DNA of 64,000 bases. It comes from Pristiophorus japonicus. Lineage: Eukaryota. Within the stretch, counting starts at the first letter, position 1; the number at the start of each line of letters is the position of its first letter. Where the stretch lies: NCBI RefSeq assembly GCF_044704955.1, contig NC_091990.1, positions 70,370,001-70,434,000 on the forward strand, written 5' to 3'. The translations under genes and the position numbers were made by a program. A model generated the notes under the pieces. That model was not told the origin of the DNA. It saw nothing but the letters and a program-made list of their open reading frames with translations, and made no database searches. Positions 24,680 to 36,459 of this stretch are shown piece after piece.

Positions 24680-24948
24680 GGGTGTAAAGGGAGCTTTACT
24701 CTGTATCTAACCCCATGCTGTACCTGCCCCGGGAGTGTTTGATGGAACAATATAGAGGGAGCTTTACACTGTATCTAACCCATGCTGTACCTGCCCTGGG
24801 AGTGTTTGATGGGACAGTGTAGAGGGAGCTTTACTCTGTATCTAACCCATGCTGTACCTGCCCTGGGAGTGTTTGATGGGACAGTGTAGAGGGAGCTTTA
24901 CTCTATCTCTAACCCCGTGCTGTACCTGCCCTGGGAGTGTTTGGTGGG
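24680..24948. repeat. 67-bp tandem repeat (AGAGGGAGCTTTACTCTGTATCTAACCC..GCTGTACCTGCCCTGGGAGTGTTTGATGGGACAGTGT), ~4 copies
   Basis: Period 67 measured 24821 to 24888. The same family recurs at ~52080, ~54670 and ~63695. Confidence 0.93.
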
Positions 24949-24952
24949 AGAG

Positions 24953-25825
24953 TCTCGCTCTCTTCCTCCCCTATCTCCCTCGCCCCCATCTCTCTCTTTC
25001 TCTATGAACCCGCCCAACCGCTTCACTCTTCCCCCCCCCCCCACCTCTCTCCCTCTCCACAACCCCTCATCTCTCTCTCCCCTCCCCCATTTTTCTCCAC
25101 GCAGTTCCCCCCATGATCCCCACTCATCTCTCTCTCCCCCATCTCTCACTATCCCCCATCTTTCTCTCCCCCTCCCTGCCCCCATCTCTCTCTCTCCCCC
25201 ATCTCTCTCACCACCCCTCCCCCCCGACCCCCATCTCTTTCACTTCCCCATCTCTCTCTCCTTTCTCCCTCCTCACTCCATATCTCTCTCTCACCCCCTC
25301 CCCCGTCCCCCATCTCTCTCTCCCATTCCCCATCCCTCCCCCTCTCTCTCTCCCCCCTCTTCCCCCCCATCACTCTCCCTCTCTCCCCATCACTTTCTCC
25401 CCCTCCATCCATCTCTGTCCCCCACTCTCTCTCTCCACACCCCTCCATTTCTCTCTCCCCCCCTCCCCCGCCCCGCGTCTCTCTCTCTCTCTCTCTCTCT
25501 CTCCCCCCACCTCACTCTCCACATCCCCCCATCTCTCTCTTGGCCCCTATCTCTCTCCCCCTTCTCTCTCTCTTGACCTCCACCCCGCCACCCCTCTCAC
25601 CCCCTATCTTTCTCTCTCTCCCCCTCCATCCATTTCTCCCTCTCTCTCTCTCTCCCTCTCCACCCCACCCCGCATCTCTCTCTTCCCCCCCCCGACTTCG
25701 TATCTCTCCCCTCATCTGTCTCTCCCCCAATCTTTCTCTCCCCTCCCATCTCTATCTCCTCCCACCAATCTCTCTCTCCCCCCACCAATCTCTTTCCCCC
25801 ACTCTCTCTCTCCCCCATCTCTCTT
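24953..25825. repeat. Polypyrimidine (CT/C-rich) low-complexity tract
   Basis: About 870 bp dominated by C/T on the + strand. Confidence 0.95.
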
Positions 25826-25829
25826 ACTG

Positions 25830-26669
25830 CGTATTAACGGGGTACAGATACTGGGTATTAACGGGATACAGATACTGGGTATTAATGGGGTACAGATACT
25901 GGGCATTAAGGGGTACATATACTGGGCATTAAGGGGGTACAGATATTGGGTATTAATGGGGTACAGATACTGGGCATTAAGGGGTACAGATACCGGGTAT
26001 TAATGGGGTACAGAGACTGGGTAGTAAGGGGGTACAGAAACTGGATATTAATGGGGTACAGAGACTGGGTATTAATGGGTTACAGGGACTGGGTATTAAT
26101 GGGGTAGAGATACTGAGTATTAACAGGGTACAGGTGCCGGGTATTAACGGGGTACAGATACTTGGTATTAACGGGTAAAGATACTGAGTATTAACAGGGT
26201 GCAGATACTGGGTATTAATGGGGTACAGACACTGGGTATTAATGGGGTACAGATAATGGGTATTAATGGGATATAGATACTGAGTATTAACGGGGTACAG
26301 ATACTGGGTATTAACGGGGTACAGATACTGGTTATTAATGGGGTACAGATACTGGGTATTAACGGTGTATAGATACTGAGTATTAATGGGGTATAGATAC
26401 TGAGTATTAACAGGGTACAGATACTGGGTATTAATGGGGTACATATACTGGGTATTAATGGGGTACATAGACTGGGTATTAATGGGGTACGTAGACTGGG
26501 TATTAACGGGGTACAGATACCGGGTATTAATGGGGTACGGGTACTGGGTATTGATGGGGTACGGATAATGGGTATTGATGGGGTACGGAGACTGGGTATT
26601 AATGGGGTACAGATACTGGGTACTAATGGGGTACAGATACTGGGTATTAATGGGGTACAGATACTGGGT
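25830..26669. repeat. 24-bp minisatellite (GGGGTACAGATACTGGGTATTAAT), left arm
   Basis: About 35 tandem units; GVQILGIN 8-aa periodicity in the ORF track. Confidence 0.96.
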
Positions 26670-26734
26670 AGTGACCAGGTGGAAGACGCGGCTCTGATTC
26701 AAACACAACAACAAAAATCAGAGTGATGTCACAG

Positions 26735-27778
26735 GAGTGTGAGGTAATGCATTTAAGGAGGGGTAACACAGCTAGGGAATACACATTAAATGGTCGGACA
26801 CTGAGAAGTGTAGAGGAACAAAGGGACCTTGGAGTGCAGGTCCACAGATCCCTGAAAGTAGCAGGCCAGGTAGATAACATGGATACGAAAGCATACGGAA
26901 ACATAGAAACATAGAAAATAGGTGCAGGAAACATAGAAAATAGCCATTCGGCCCTTCGAGCCTGCACCACCATTCAATAAGTTCATGGCTGATCATTCCC
27001 TCAGTTCCCCTTTCCTGCTTTCTCTCCATACCCCTTGATCCCTTAAGCTGTAAGGGCCATATCTAACTCCCTCTTGAATATATCCAATGAACTGGCATCC
27101 AACAACTCTCTGCGGGAGGGAATTCCACAGGTTAACTACTCTCTGAGTGTAAAAGTTTCTCCTCATCTCAGTCCTGATTGGCTTACCCCTTATCCTTAGC
27201 CTGTGATCCCTGGTTCTGGAACTCCCCAGCATCAGGAACATTCTTCCTGCTTCTAACCTGTCCAATCCTGTCAGAATGTTATATGTTTCTATGAGATCCC
27301 CTCTCATCCTTCTAAACTCCAGTGAATACAGGCCCAGTCGATCCAGTCTCTCCCCATATGTCAGTCCTGCCATCCCGGGAATCAGTCTGGTGAACCTTCG
27401 TGCACTCCCTCAATAGCAAGAACGTCCTTCCTCAGTTTAGGAGACCGAAACTGAACACAATATTCCAGGTGCGGCCTCACGAAGGCTCTGTACAACTCAG
27501 AGAGTTGTTAACCTGTGGAATTCCCTACCACAGAGAGTTGTTGATGCCAGTTCATTGGATATATTCAAGACAGAGTTAGATATGGCCCTTGCGGCTAAAG
27601 GGATCAAGGGGTATGGAGAGAAAGCAGGAAAGGGGTACTGATCAGCCATGATCTTATTGAATGGTGGTGCAGGCTCGATGGGCCGGATGGCTTAATCCTG
27701 CACCTATTTTCTATGAGTCTATGTTTCTATGCAGTAAGACCTCCCTGGTCCTATACTCAAATCCCCTAGCTATGAAGG
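26735..27778. mobile_element. Composite of CR1 fragments: + piece 26735-26898, - piece 26899-27497/27731-27778, nested + 3' stub 27498-27730
   Basis: The minus CR1 sequence ctgtacaact|gcagtaagacc is split by a plus-strand CR1 3' end with a TTTCTATG tail. Confidence 0.85.
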
Positions 27779-28470
27779 GGGTACAGATACTGGGTATTAA
27801 CGAGATACAGATACTGGGTATCAATGGGGTACAGAGACTGGGTATTAACGGGGTACAGATACTGGGTATTAATGGGGTACAGAGACTGGGTATTAATGGG
27901 GTACAGAGACACGGTATTAATGGGGTACAGAGACGCGGTATTAATGAGGTACAGAGACTGGGTATTAACAGGGTACAGAGACTGGGTATGAATGGGGTAC
28001 AGAGACTGGGTATTAATGGGGTACAGAGGCTGAGTATTAATGGGGTACAGACACTGGGTATAATGGGGTACAGACACTGGGTATTATTGGTGTACAGATA
28101 CTGGGTATTAACGGTGTACAAGTACTGGGTATTAATGGTGTATAGGTACTGGGTATTAACGGGGTACAGAGTGGCACTGGGCATTAATGGGGTAGTGATA
28201 CTGGGTATTAATGGGGTACAGATTCTGGATATTAATGGGGTACAAATACTGGGTATTCATGGGGTACAGATACTGGGCATTAATGGGATACAGATACTGG
28301 GTATTAACGGGGTACATATACTGGGTATTAACGGGGTACAGAGACGGGGTATTAATGGGGTACATATACTGGGTATAATGGTGTATTAATGGGGTTCAGA
28401 GGCTGGGTATTAATGGGTACAGATACTGGGTATAACGGGATACAGAGACTGGGTATTAATGGGGTGAACG
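27777..28470. repeat. 24-bp minisatellite, right arm
   Basis: Same unit as 25830-26669; ends ~50 bp before the RIMS3 acceptor. Confidence 0.95.
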
Positions 28471-28520
28471 GGGTAAGCCCATGTGCTGGTGCTGAAGGCA
28501 GTTGCCCTTTGCCCCCTCAG

Positions 28521-28662
28521 AGGCAGCCACCAAGAAATTACGAAGCAACATCCGGAGAAGCACGGAGACGGGGATTGCGGTGGAGATGCGGAACCGTGTG
28601 ACTCGACAAGGCAGCAGGGAGTCAACGGATGGCAGCACCAACAGTAACAGCTCCGACGGCAA
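28521..28662 (+). CDS. RIMS3: RIMS3 internal coding exon (142 nt; first one recognisable in the window)
   Basis: Acceptor ccctttgccccctcAG, donor AA|GTGAGT. Translates (E)AATKKLRSNIRRSTETGIAVEMRNRVTRQGSRESTDGSTNSNSSDG(N), matching the RIM-family/RIMS3 pre-C2B segment. Phase 1 start, phase 2 end. Confidence 0.93.
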
Positions 28663-28888
28663 GTGAGTGTCCGGCGAGGGGAAAACACACAGTGCTGGCG
28701 ATATGCAAGATGCCACAAAGTCCCGAGGTGTAGTGAATCATTCAGTTGCCATACACTCTGCAAGTTGCGGCCCAGGATCAGCTTTCTGTGAACTAACCTG
28801 CTCACTCCAATCTCTCACTGTCCTACTCTCTGGTGGGATGTGAAAAACACCAGGATCTTTTATACAGGTTACAGCAACAATAATATTT

Positions 28889-29625
28889 AACATAAGAACA
28901 TAAGAATTAGGAGCAGGAGTAGGCCATTCGGCCCCTCGAGCCTGCTCCGCCATTTAATATCATGGCTGATCATCGACCTCAACTCCACTTTCCTGCACTA
29001 TCCCCATATCCCAACTCCATTATTCCCTTAATATTCTTCCCTTAATATCCAAAAATCTATCGATCTCTGTCTTGAATATACTCAAAGACTGAGCCTCCAC
29101 AGCCCTCTGGGGCACAGAATTCCAAAGATTCACCACCCTCTGAGTGAAGAAATTTCTCCTCATCTCAGTCCTAAATGGCCGACCCCTTATCCTGAGACTG
29201 TGACCCCTGGTTCTAGACTCCCCAGCACGGGGTAAACATCCTCCCTGCATCTACCCTGTCAAGCCCTGTAAGAATGTTGTATGTTTCAATAAGATCACCT
29301 CTCATTCTTCTAAACTCTAGAGAGTATCGGCCCAGTCTGCTCAATCTCTCCTCATAGGACAACCCACCCATCCCAGGAATCAGTCTGGTCAACCTTCGTT
29401 ACACTTCCTCTATGGTAAGTATATCCTTCCTTAGGTAAGGAGACTAAAACTCTGCACAATACTCCAGGTGTGGCCTCACCAGGGCCCGATATAATTGCAG
29501 TAAGACGACTTTACTCTGATACTCAAATCCTCCTGTAATAAAGGCCAACATTCCATTTGCTTTCTTAATTGCTTGCTGTACCTGCATGTTAACTTTCAGT
29601 GATTGGTGTACAAGGCCAACCAGGT
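28889..29625 (-). mobile_element. CR1 LINE 3' fragment
   Basis: acataaga tail repeats; ESRTRGHSLRIRGRPFRTEMRRNFF. Confidence 0.9.
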
Positions 29626-29719
29626 GCAGTTATACAAAATAATTGAACAAAAATTGTGAAATTGTAAATATTAAATTAGCAAAGTCTGTGATGTGTTGGT
29701 AAGAATTATCTTCCTTGAT

Positions 29720-30960
29720 ACATAAGAACATAAGAACATAAGAATTAGGAACAGGAGTAGGCCATCTAGCCCCTCGAGCCTGCTCCGCCATTCAACAAGA
29801 TCATGGCTGATCTGGCCGTGGACTCAGCTCCACTTACCCGCCCGCTCCCCATAACCCTTCATTCCCTTATTGGTTAAAAATCTATCTATCTGTGATTTGA
29901 ATACATTCAATGAGCTAGCCTCAACTGCTTCCCTGGGCAGAGAATTCCACAGATTCACAACCCTCTGGGAGATGAAATTCCTTCTCAACTCGGTTTTAAA
30001 TTGGCTCCCCCGTATTTTGAGGCTGTGCCCCCTAGTTCTAGCCTCCCCGACCAGTGGAAATAACCTCTCTGCCTCTAGCTTGTCTATCCCTTTCATTATT
30101 TTAAATGTTTCTATAAGATCACCCCTCATCCTTCACGAGTAAAGACCCAGTCTACTCAATCTATCATCATAAGGTAACCCTCTCATCTCCGGAATCAACC
30201 TAGTGAATCGTCTCTGTACCCCCTCCAAAGCTAGTATATCCTTCCTTAAGTAAGGTGACCAAAACTGCACGCAGTACTCCAGGTGCGGCCTCACCAATAC
30301 CCTGTACAGTTGCAGCAGGACCTCCCTGCTTTTGTACTCCATCCCTCTCGCAATGAAGGCCAACATTCCATTCACCTTCCTGATTACCTGCTGCACCTGC
30401 AAACTAACATTTTGGGATTCATGCACAAGGACCCCCAGGTCCCTCTGCACCGCAGCATGTTGTAATTTCTCCCCATTCAAATCATATTCCCTTTTACTGT
30501 TTTTTTTCCAAGGTGGATGACCTCACATTTTCCGACATTGTATTCCATCTGCCAAACCTTAGCCCATTCGCTTAACCTATCTAAATCTCTTTGCAGCCTC
30601 TCTGTGCCCTCTACACAACCCGCTTTCCCACTAATCTTTGTGTCATCTGCAAATTTTGTTACACTATACTCTGTCCCCTCTTCCAGGTCATCTATGTATA
30701 TTGTAAATAGTTGTGGTCCCAGCACCGATCCCTGTGGCACACCACTAACCACCGATTTCCAACCTGAAAAGGACCCATTTATCCCGAGTCTCTGCTTTCT
30801 GTTAGCCAGCCAATTCTCTATCCATGCTAATACATTTCTCTGACTCCACGTACCTTTATCTTCTGCAGTAACCTTTTGTGTGGCACCTTATCGAATGCCT
30901 TTTGGAAATCTAAATACACCACATCCATCGGCACACCTCTATCCACGTGCTCGTTATACC
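29720..30960 (-). mobile_element. CR1 LINE, 5'-truncated, (TTCTTATG)n tail
   Basis: ORFs 30477-30752, 30133-30480 and 29824-30129 carry RT motifs. Confidence 0.92.
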
Positions 30961-30987
30961 CTCCTCCATATTAAACCTGACTGAGTT

Positions 30988-31185
30988 ACTCCCCCCCATC
31001 CCTCCACCACCCCTCCCCCTCGTCCCTACCCCCCGCCCCCGCATCCCCCTCCCCCACCCGCCCCTTCAACCCCCCTCCCCGTCGGCCCCCTCACCCACCC
31101 CCTCCACCCGCCCCCTCACCCACCGCCCCCTCACCCTCCTCCCCCATCCCCCCTGCCCGTCCCCCCTCACCCCCTCCCCCCCCCT
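30988..31185. repeat. C-rich low-complexity tract
   Basis: Directly visible. Confidence 0.9.
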
Positions 31186-31811
31186 TACTCTGATTATCTG
31201 ATTATCCCTGGTCAGTATTGGAGCAGTTTGCAGATATCCTCCCTCCGCTCACTGACCCCAAACTGATCGGGGCCATAAATCGCTGCCATATATCGTGTAT
31301 TCTACTGCGATAGGAAATTAAGTTATATTTGTCAATTTTTTATAAAGATATTAATGAAATAAATAAAATACTCACACACTCGAGCGAATAAATTTACAGG
31401 TAGTTTATTTACATCAGCGCTGCGTAACACGGAGTGGACAGGTCGACACGTGTGGGTGATGGCATTGCTCGCAGATTTTTTTTTAAAGGTATGCATCAGA
31501 TCAATAATAAATATTATTGTCATTCTCCAAAGTCTAAGCTGAGGATGTTTCTGCATTTTTGAAGATCTCTGGTTTCCAACACATACACGCTGAAACTGGA
31601 CATTGTGATGACTGGGCATAAAAGTAACAATGGCGGATGTGGAACAGGCAGACATTTATATCCAATTATCCATTTATATTTCATTTCAAATAAAAGCATT
31701 GGACCAGGTCAGGATATGTTTCCAGCACGGGTCATGTCAGGGCTTCTGTGAGAGTGGTGTCCAGTGAGAACGCCAGTGCCCCACAGGCCAATCCCACTCA
31801 CACCCCACAGC

Positions 31812-31953
31812 CCCTCGGTAACCCTTCGGTAAACCCTCGGGAAACTCTCAGTAATCCCTCAGTAAACCTCAATAAACTCTCGGTAAACCTTCGGTAAACC
31901 CTCGGTAAACCTTTGGTACACCATCGATAAACTCTCGGTAAACTCTCGGTAAA
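31812..31953. repeat. 11-12 bp tandem (CTCGGTAAACC), resumes at ~34450-34480 after a CR1 insertion
   Basis: The same unit is present on both sides of CR1 31953-34449. Confidence 0.85.
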
Positions 31954-34449
31954 CATAAGAATATAAGAACATAAGAAATAGGAACAGGAGTAGCCCATAC
32001 GGCCCCTCGAGCCTGCTCCGCCATTCAATAAGATCATGGTTGATCTGATCATGGACTCAGCTCCACTTCCCCGCCCACTCCCCATAACCCTTATTCCCTT
32101 ATCGTTTAAGAAACTGTCTATTTCTGTCTTAAATTTATTCAGTGTTCCAGCTTCCACAGCTCTCTGAGACAGTGAATTCCACGGATATGCAACACTCAGA
32201 GAAGAAATTTCTCCTCATCTCAGTTTTAAATGGGTGGCCCCTTATTCTAAGTTTATGCCCTCTAGTTCTAGTCTCCCCCATCAGTGGAAATATCCTCTCT
32301 GCATCCAACTTGTCAAGCCCCCTCATAATCTTATACGTTTCGATAAGATCACCTCTCATTCTTCTGAATTCCAATGAGTAGAGACCCAACCCCCTCAATT
32401 TTGGAATCAACCTAGTGAACCTTCTCTGAATTGCTTCCAAAGCAAGTATATCCTTTTGTAAATATGGAAACCAAAACTGCACGCAGTATTCCAGAATTCC
32501 AAGATTCCATTGGCCTTCCTGATTACTTGCTCTAACTGCATACTATCCTTTTGTGTTTCATGCACAAGTACCCCCAGATCCTGCTGTACTGCAGCATTTT
32601 GCAATCTTTCTCCATTTAACTTGCTCTTTGATTTTTTTTCTGCCAAAGTGCATAACCTCACACTTTCCAACATTATAATCCATCTGCCAAATTTTTGCCC
32701 ACTCACTTAGCCTGTCTATGTCCTTTTGCAGATTTTTTGTGTGCTCCTCACACATTGCTTTTCCTCCCATCTTTGTATCATCGGCAAACTTGGCTCCGTT
32801 ACACTCCGTCCCTTCTTCCAAGTCATTAATATAGATTGTAAATAGTTGGGGTCCCAGCACTGATCCCTGCGGCACCCCACTAGTTACTGTTTGCCAATCA
32901 GAGAATGAACCATTTATCCCGACTCTCTGTTTTCTGTTAGTTAGCCAATCCTCTATCCATGCTAATATATTACTCCCAACCCCGTGAACTTTTATCTTGT
33001 GCAGTAACCTTTTATGCGGCACCTTGTCAAATGCCACCTGGAAGTCCAAATACACCACATCCACTGGTTCCCCTTTATCCACCCTGTTCATTACATCCTC
33101 AAAGAATTCCAGCAAATTTGTCAAACATGACTTCCCCTTCATAAATCCATGCTGACTCTGCCCGACCGAATTTTGCTTTTCCAAATGTTCTGCTACTGCT
33201 TCTTTAATAATGGACTCCAACATTTTCCCAACCACAGATGTTAGGCTAACTGGTCTATAGTTTCCTGCTTTTTGTCTGCCTTCTTTTTAAATAGGGGCAT
33301 TACATTTGCAGTTTTCCAATCTGCTGGGACCTCCCCAGAATCCAGGGAATTTTGGTAAATTACAACCAGTGCATCCATTATCCCTGCCGCCACTTCTCTT
33401 AAGACAATAGGATGCAAGCCATCAGGTCCAGGGGATTTATTTGCCTTCAGTCACATTATCTTACTGAGTACTACCTCCTTAGTGATTGTGATTGTGTTAA
33501 GTTCCTCCCCTCCTATAGGTCCTTGACTATCCACTGTCGGAATATTGTTAGTGTCCTCTACCGTAACTACTGATACAAAATATTTGTTCAGAGTTTCTGT
33601 CATCTCCATGTTCCCCATTACTAATTCCCCGGTGTCGTCCTCTAAGGGACCAACATTTACTTTAGCCACTCTTATCCTTTTTATATACCTATAGAAACTC
33701 TTGCTATCTGTTTTTATATTTTGTGCTGGTTTACTTTCGTAGTCTATCTTCCCTTTCTTAATCATTTTTTTAGTTGTTCTTTGTTGGCTTTTAAACACTT
33801 CCCAATCTTCTGTCCTCCCACTAGTTTTGGCCACTTTGTATGCCCTTGTTTTTAATTGGATACCGTTCTTTATTTCTTTAGTTAGCCACGGATGGCCATC
33901 TTTTCTCTTACACACTTTCCTCCTCACTGGAATATATTTTTCTTGAGATTTGTGAAATATCTCCTTAAATGTACACCACTGTTCATCAACCGTCCTACAC
34001 TTTAATCTATTTTCCCGTCCACTTTACCCAACTCTGCCCTCATACCTTCACAGTCTCCTTTATTTAAGCTTAGTCCGCTGGTTAGAGTTCCAACTTTCTC
34101 ACCCTCCATCTATGATTGCTCATTCCGAGGGGATCCTTTCCTAGGAGATTGTTTATTAATCCTGTCTCATTACACAGGACCAGATCTAAGATAGTCTGCC
34201 CCCTGCTTGGTTCCGTTACATACTGCTGAAGGAACCCATCCCTTATGCACTCTATGAACTCCTCCTCAAGGCTACCCTGACCAATTTGATTTGTCCAATC
34301 AATATGGAGGTTAAAATCACCCATGATTATTGCTGTTCCCTTTTTACAAGGCCCCACTATTTCCTGATTTATGCTCCGACCAACAGAGTTGCTACTGTTA
34401 GGGGGCCTACAGACTACACCCACCGGTGACTTTTTCCCTTTATTATTCC
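31953..34449 (-). mobile_element. CR1 LINE ~2.5 kb (APE to 3' tail), disrupted
   Basis: ORFs 34082-34423, 33451-33927, 32558-33235 and 32135-32482; acataaga tail. Confidence 0.93.
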
Positions 34450-34570
34450 CTCGGTAAACCTTCGGTAAACTCTCAGTGAGCCCTTGCTACGGACGGAAGC
34501 CCTACACACACTCAGGTTAAAAGTGATGAGCTCTGGAGCAGTTATTAATTGCTGTGTCCTGTTTTCTCAG

Positions 34571-34683
34571 TTTGGTTTTCCCCACGGCGAGGCTGGGAGC
34601 GGACGGGCACTTGAGTGATTTCCTGGATGGGATCGGCCCCGCGCAGCTTGTGGGACGACAAACACTGGCAGCGCCATCCATGG
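34571..34683 (+). CDS. RIMS3: RIMS3 coding exon (113 nt)
   Basis: Acceptor cctgttttctcAG, donor ATGG|GTGAGG. Translates LVFPTARLGADGHLSDFLDGIGPAQLVGRQTLAAPSM(G), containing the RIM motif SDFLDGxGPAQxVGRQTLA. In frame with the neighbouring exons. Confidence 0.95.
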
Positions 34684-34941
34684 GTGAGGCTCGCTCCGCT
34701 CGGCTTGGAGCACATCACTTCAATCTGCTAACCTCTAAGCTTCTGCTCTCGTGTCATTGAGATCTTACTCTTGGTCTGCCCATGTCAAGCTCGCTCCCCA
34801 TACCCACTACAGCGATTGTTGCTGGAGTTCACAATAGGACAAGTAACGCAAACTGGTTAATGGGCTGCAGGAGAGGGAGACGGGAAAACAAAAACAGGAA
34901 CACATGCTGAATACTGCCTAGTGTGGAACTGAGCCAGACAG

Positions 34942-35885
34942 AGCAGTCGGGGCAGTGGGGAGCAGAGGGGGGGCAGGGGGGAGCAGTCGGGGCAGGGGGG
35001 AGCAGAGGGGGGCAGGGGGGAGCAGTCGGGGCAGGGGGGAGCAGAGGGGGGCAGGGGGGAGCAGTCGGGGCAGGGGGGAGCAATCGGAGCAGGGGGGGGG
35101 CAGAGGGAGCAGGGGGGAGCAATCGGAGCAGGGGGGGGGGGCAGAGGGAGCAGGGGGGAGTAGTCGGGGCAGGGGGGAGCAGAGGGGGGCAGGGGGGCAG
35201 TCGGAGCAGTGGGGAGCAGAGGGGGGCAGTCGGGGCCAGAGGGGGGCAGGGGGAGCAGTCGAAGCATGGGGGAGCAGAGGGAGCGGGGGGCAGATGGCAG
35301 GTGTGGGTGGTGGTCTGTAGGTGGGGTGTCTGGATGGAGGTCCCTGGGTGCAGGTCCCTGGGCAGGGGTCCTGGGGTGTGAGTCTGTGGGTGGGGGGTGT
35401 GGGTGGGGTGTGTGTGTGGGGTCCCTGGGTAGGGGTCCTGGGCTGGGGGTCCCTGGGTGGGGTCTCTGGCTGGGGGTACCTGGGTGGGGGACCCAAGGTG
35501 GGGGTCCCTGGGTGGGTGCTGTGTGTGGGGTCCCTGGGTAGGGGTCCCTGGGTGGGGTCCCTGGCTGGGGGTACCTGGCTAGGGGTCTGTGGGTGGGGGT
35601 CCGTGGGTGGCGGACCCGAGGTGGGGGGTCCCTGGGTGGGGGGTCCCGGAGTCTGGGTCCCTGGGTGGTGTTCCAGGGTTCCGGGTCCCTGGGTGAGGTC
35701 CCGGGGTGGGAGTCCCGGGGTCCTGGACCCTGGGTGAGGGTCCCGGGGTGGGGTTCCGTGGGTGGGGTCCCTGGTTGGGGGTCCCGGGGTCCTGGACCCT
35801 GGGTAGGGTCCCTGAGTGGGGTCCCTGGGTGGGAGTCCCGGGGTCCTGGACCCTGGGTGGGGTCCCTGGGTGGGGTCCCTGGGAG
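34942..35885. repeat. G-rich minisatellites (GGGGCAGGGGGGAGCAG; GGGTCCCTGGG)
   Basis: Two adjacent G-run arrays on the + strand. Confidence 0.92.
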
Positions 35886-36459
35886 CCGTTACCTGGTGCA
35901 CTTGGTAGCGATGGGGGTGACTAGAAAACAAAACTAAGGCCTGAATTTTGATGATTGAGGCACAAGAGGAAAAAATTAATTCCTGTTTTAAAGACCAAAT
36001 GTTTGGAGATCAGTTTACATTTTAAGATTTGCGAGGATCTTTGAATCTCACGGCACAGGAGGAGGCCATTGGGCCCATCGAGCCCGTGTACGCTCTGTGA
36101 ACGAGCAATCCAATCAGTCCCGCTCTTTCCCCATAGCCCGGCAAATCCTTCATTTTCCACATATCTGACTTCCTTTTTAAAAGTTGCTTTTGAATCTACT
36201 CGCTGCATAAAATAATTTCTCATCGCCCCTCTGGCCTTAAATCTGAGTGCTCTGGTCACCGACTACCCTGCCAGTTTATCCTTATTTATTCCATCAAAAT
36301 GTTTCATGATTTTCAACAGCTCTCAATAAGGGGTTGGGCACCAGGATGTAGCAGTGGAAAGGGTCATCAAGGTGCACAAAGCACTGGGAGAGACGGATAG
36401 CACTGCAGTAAGAGACAGTACAGTATTGGGTGGGACAACTGAGAGAGAACACAGGAAGG

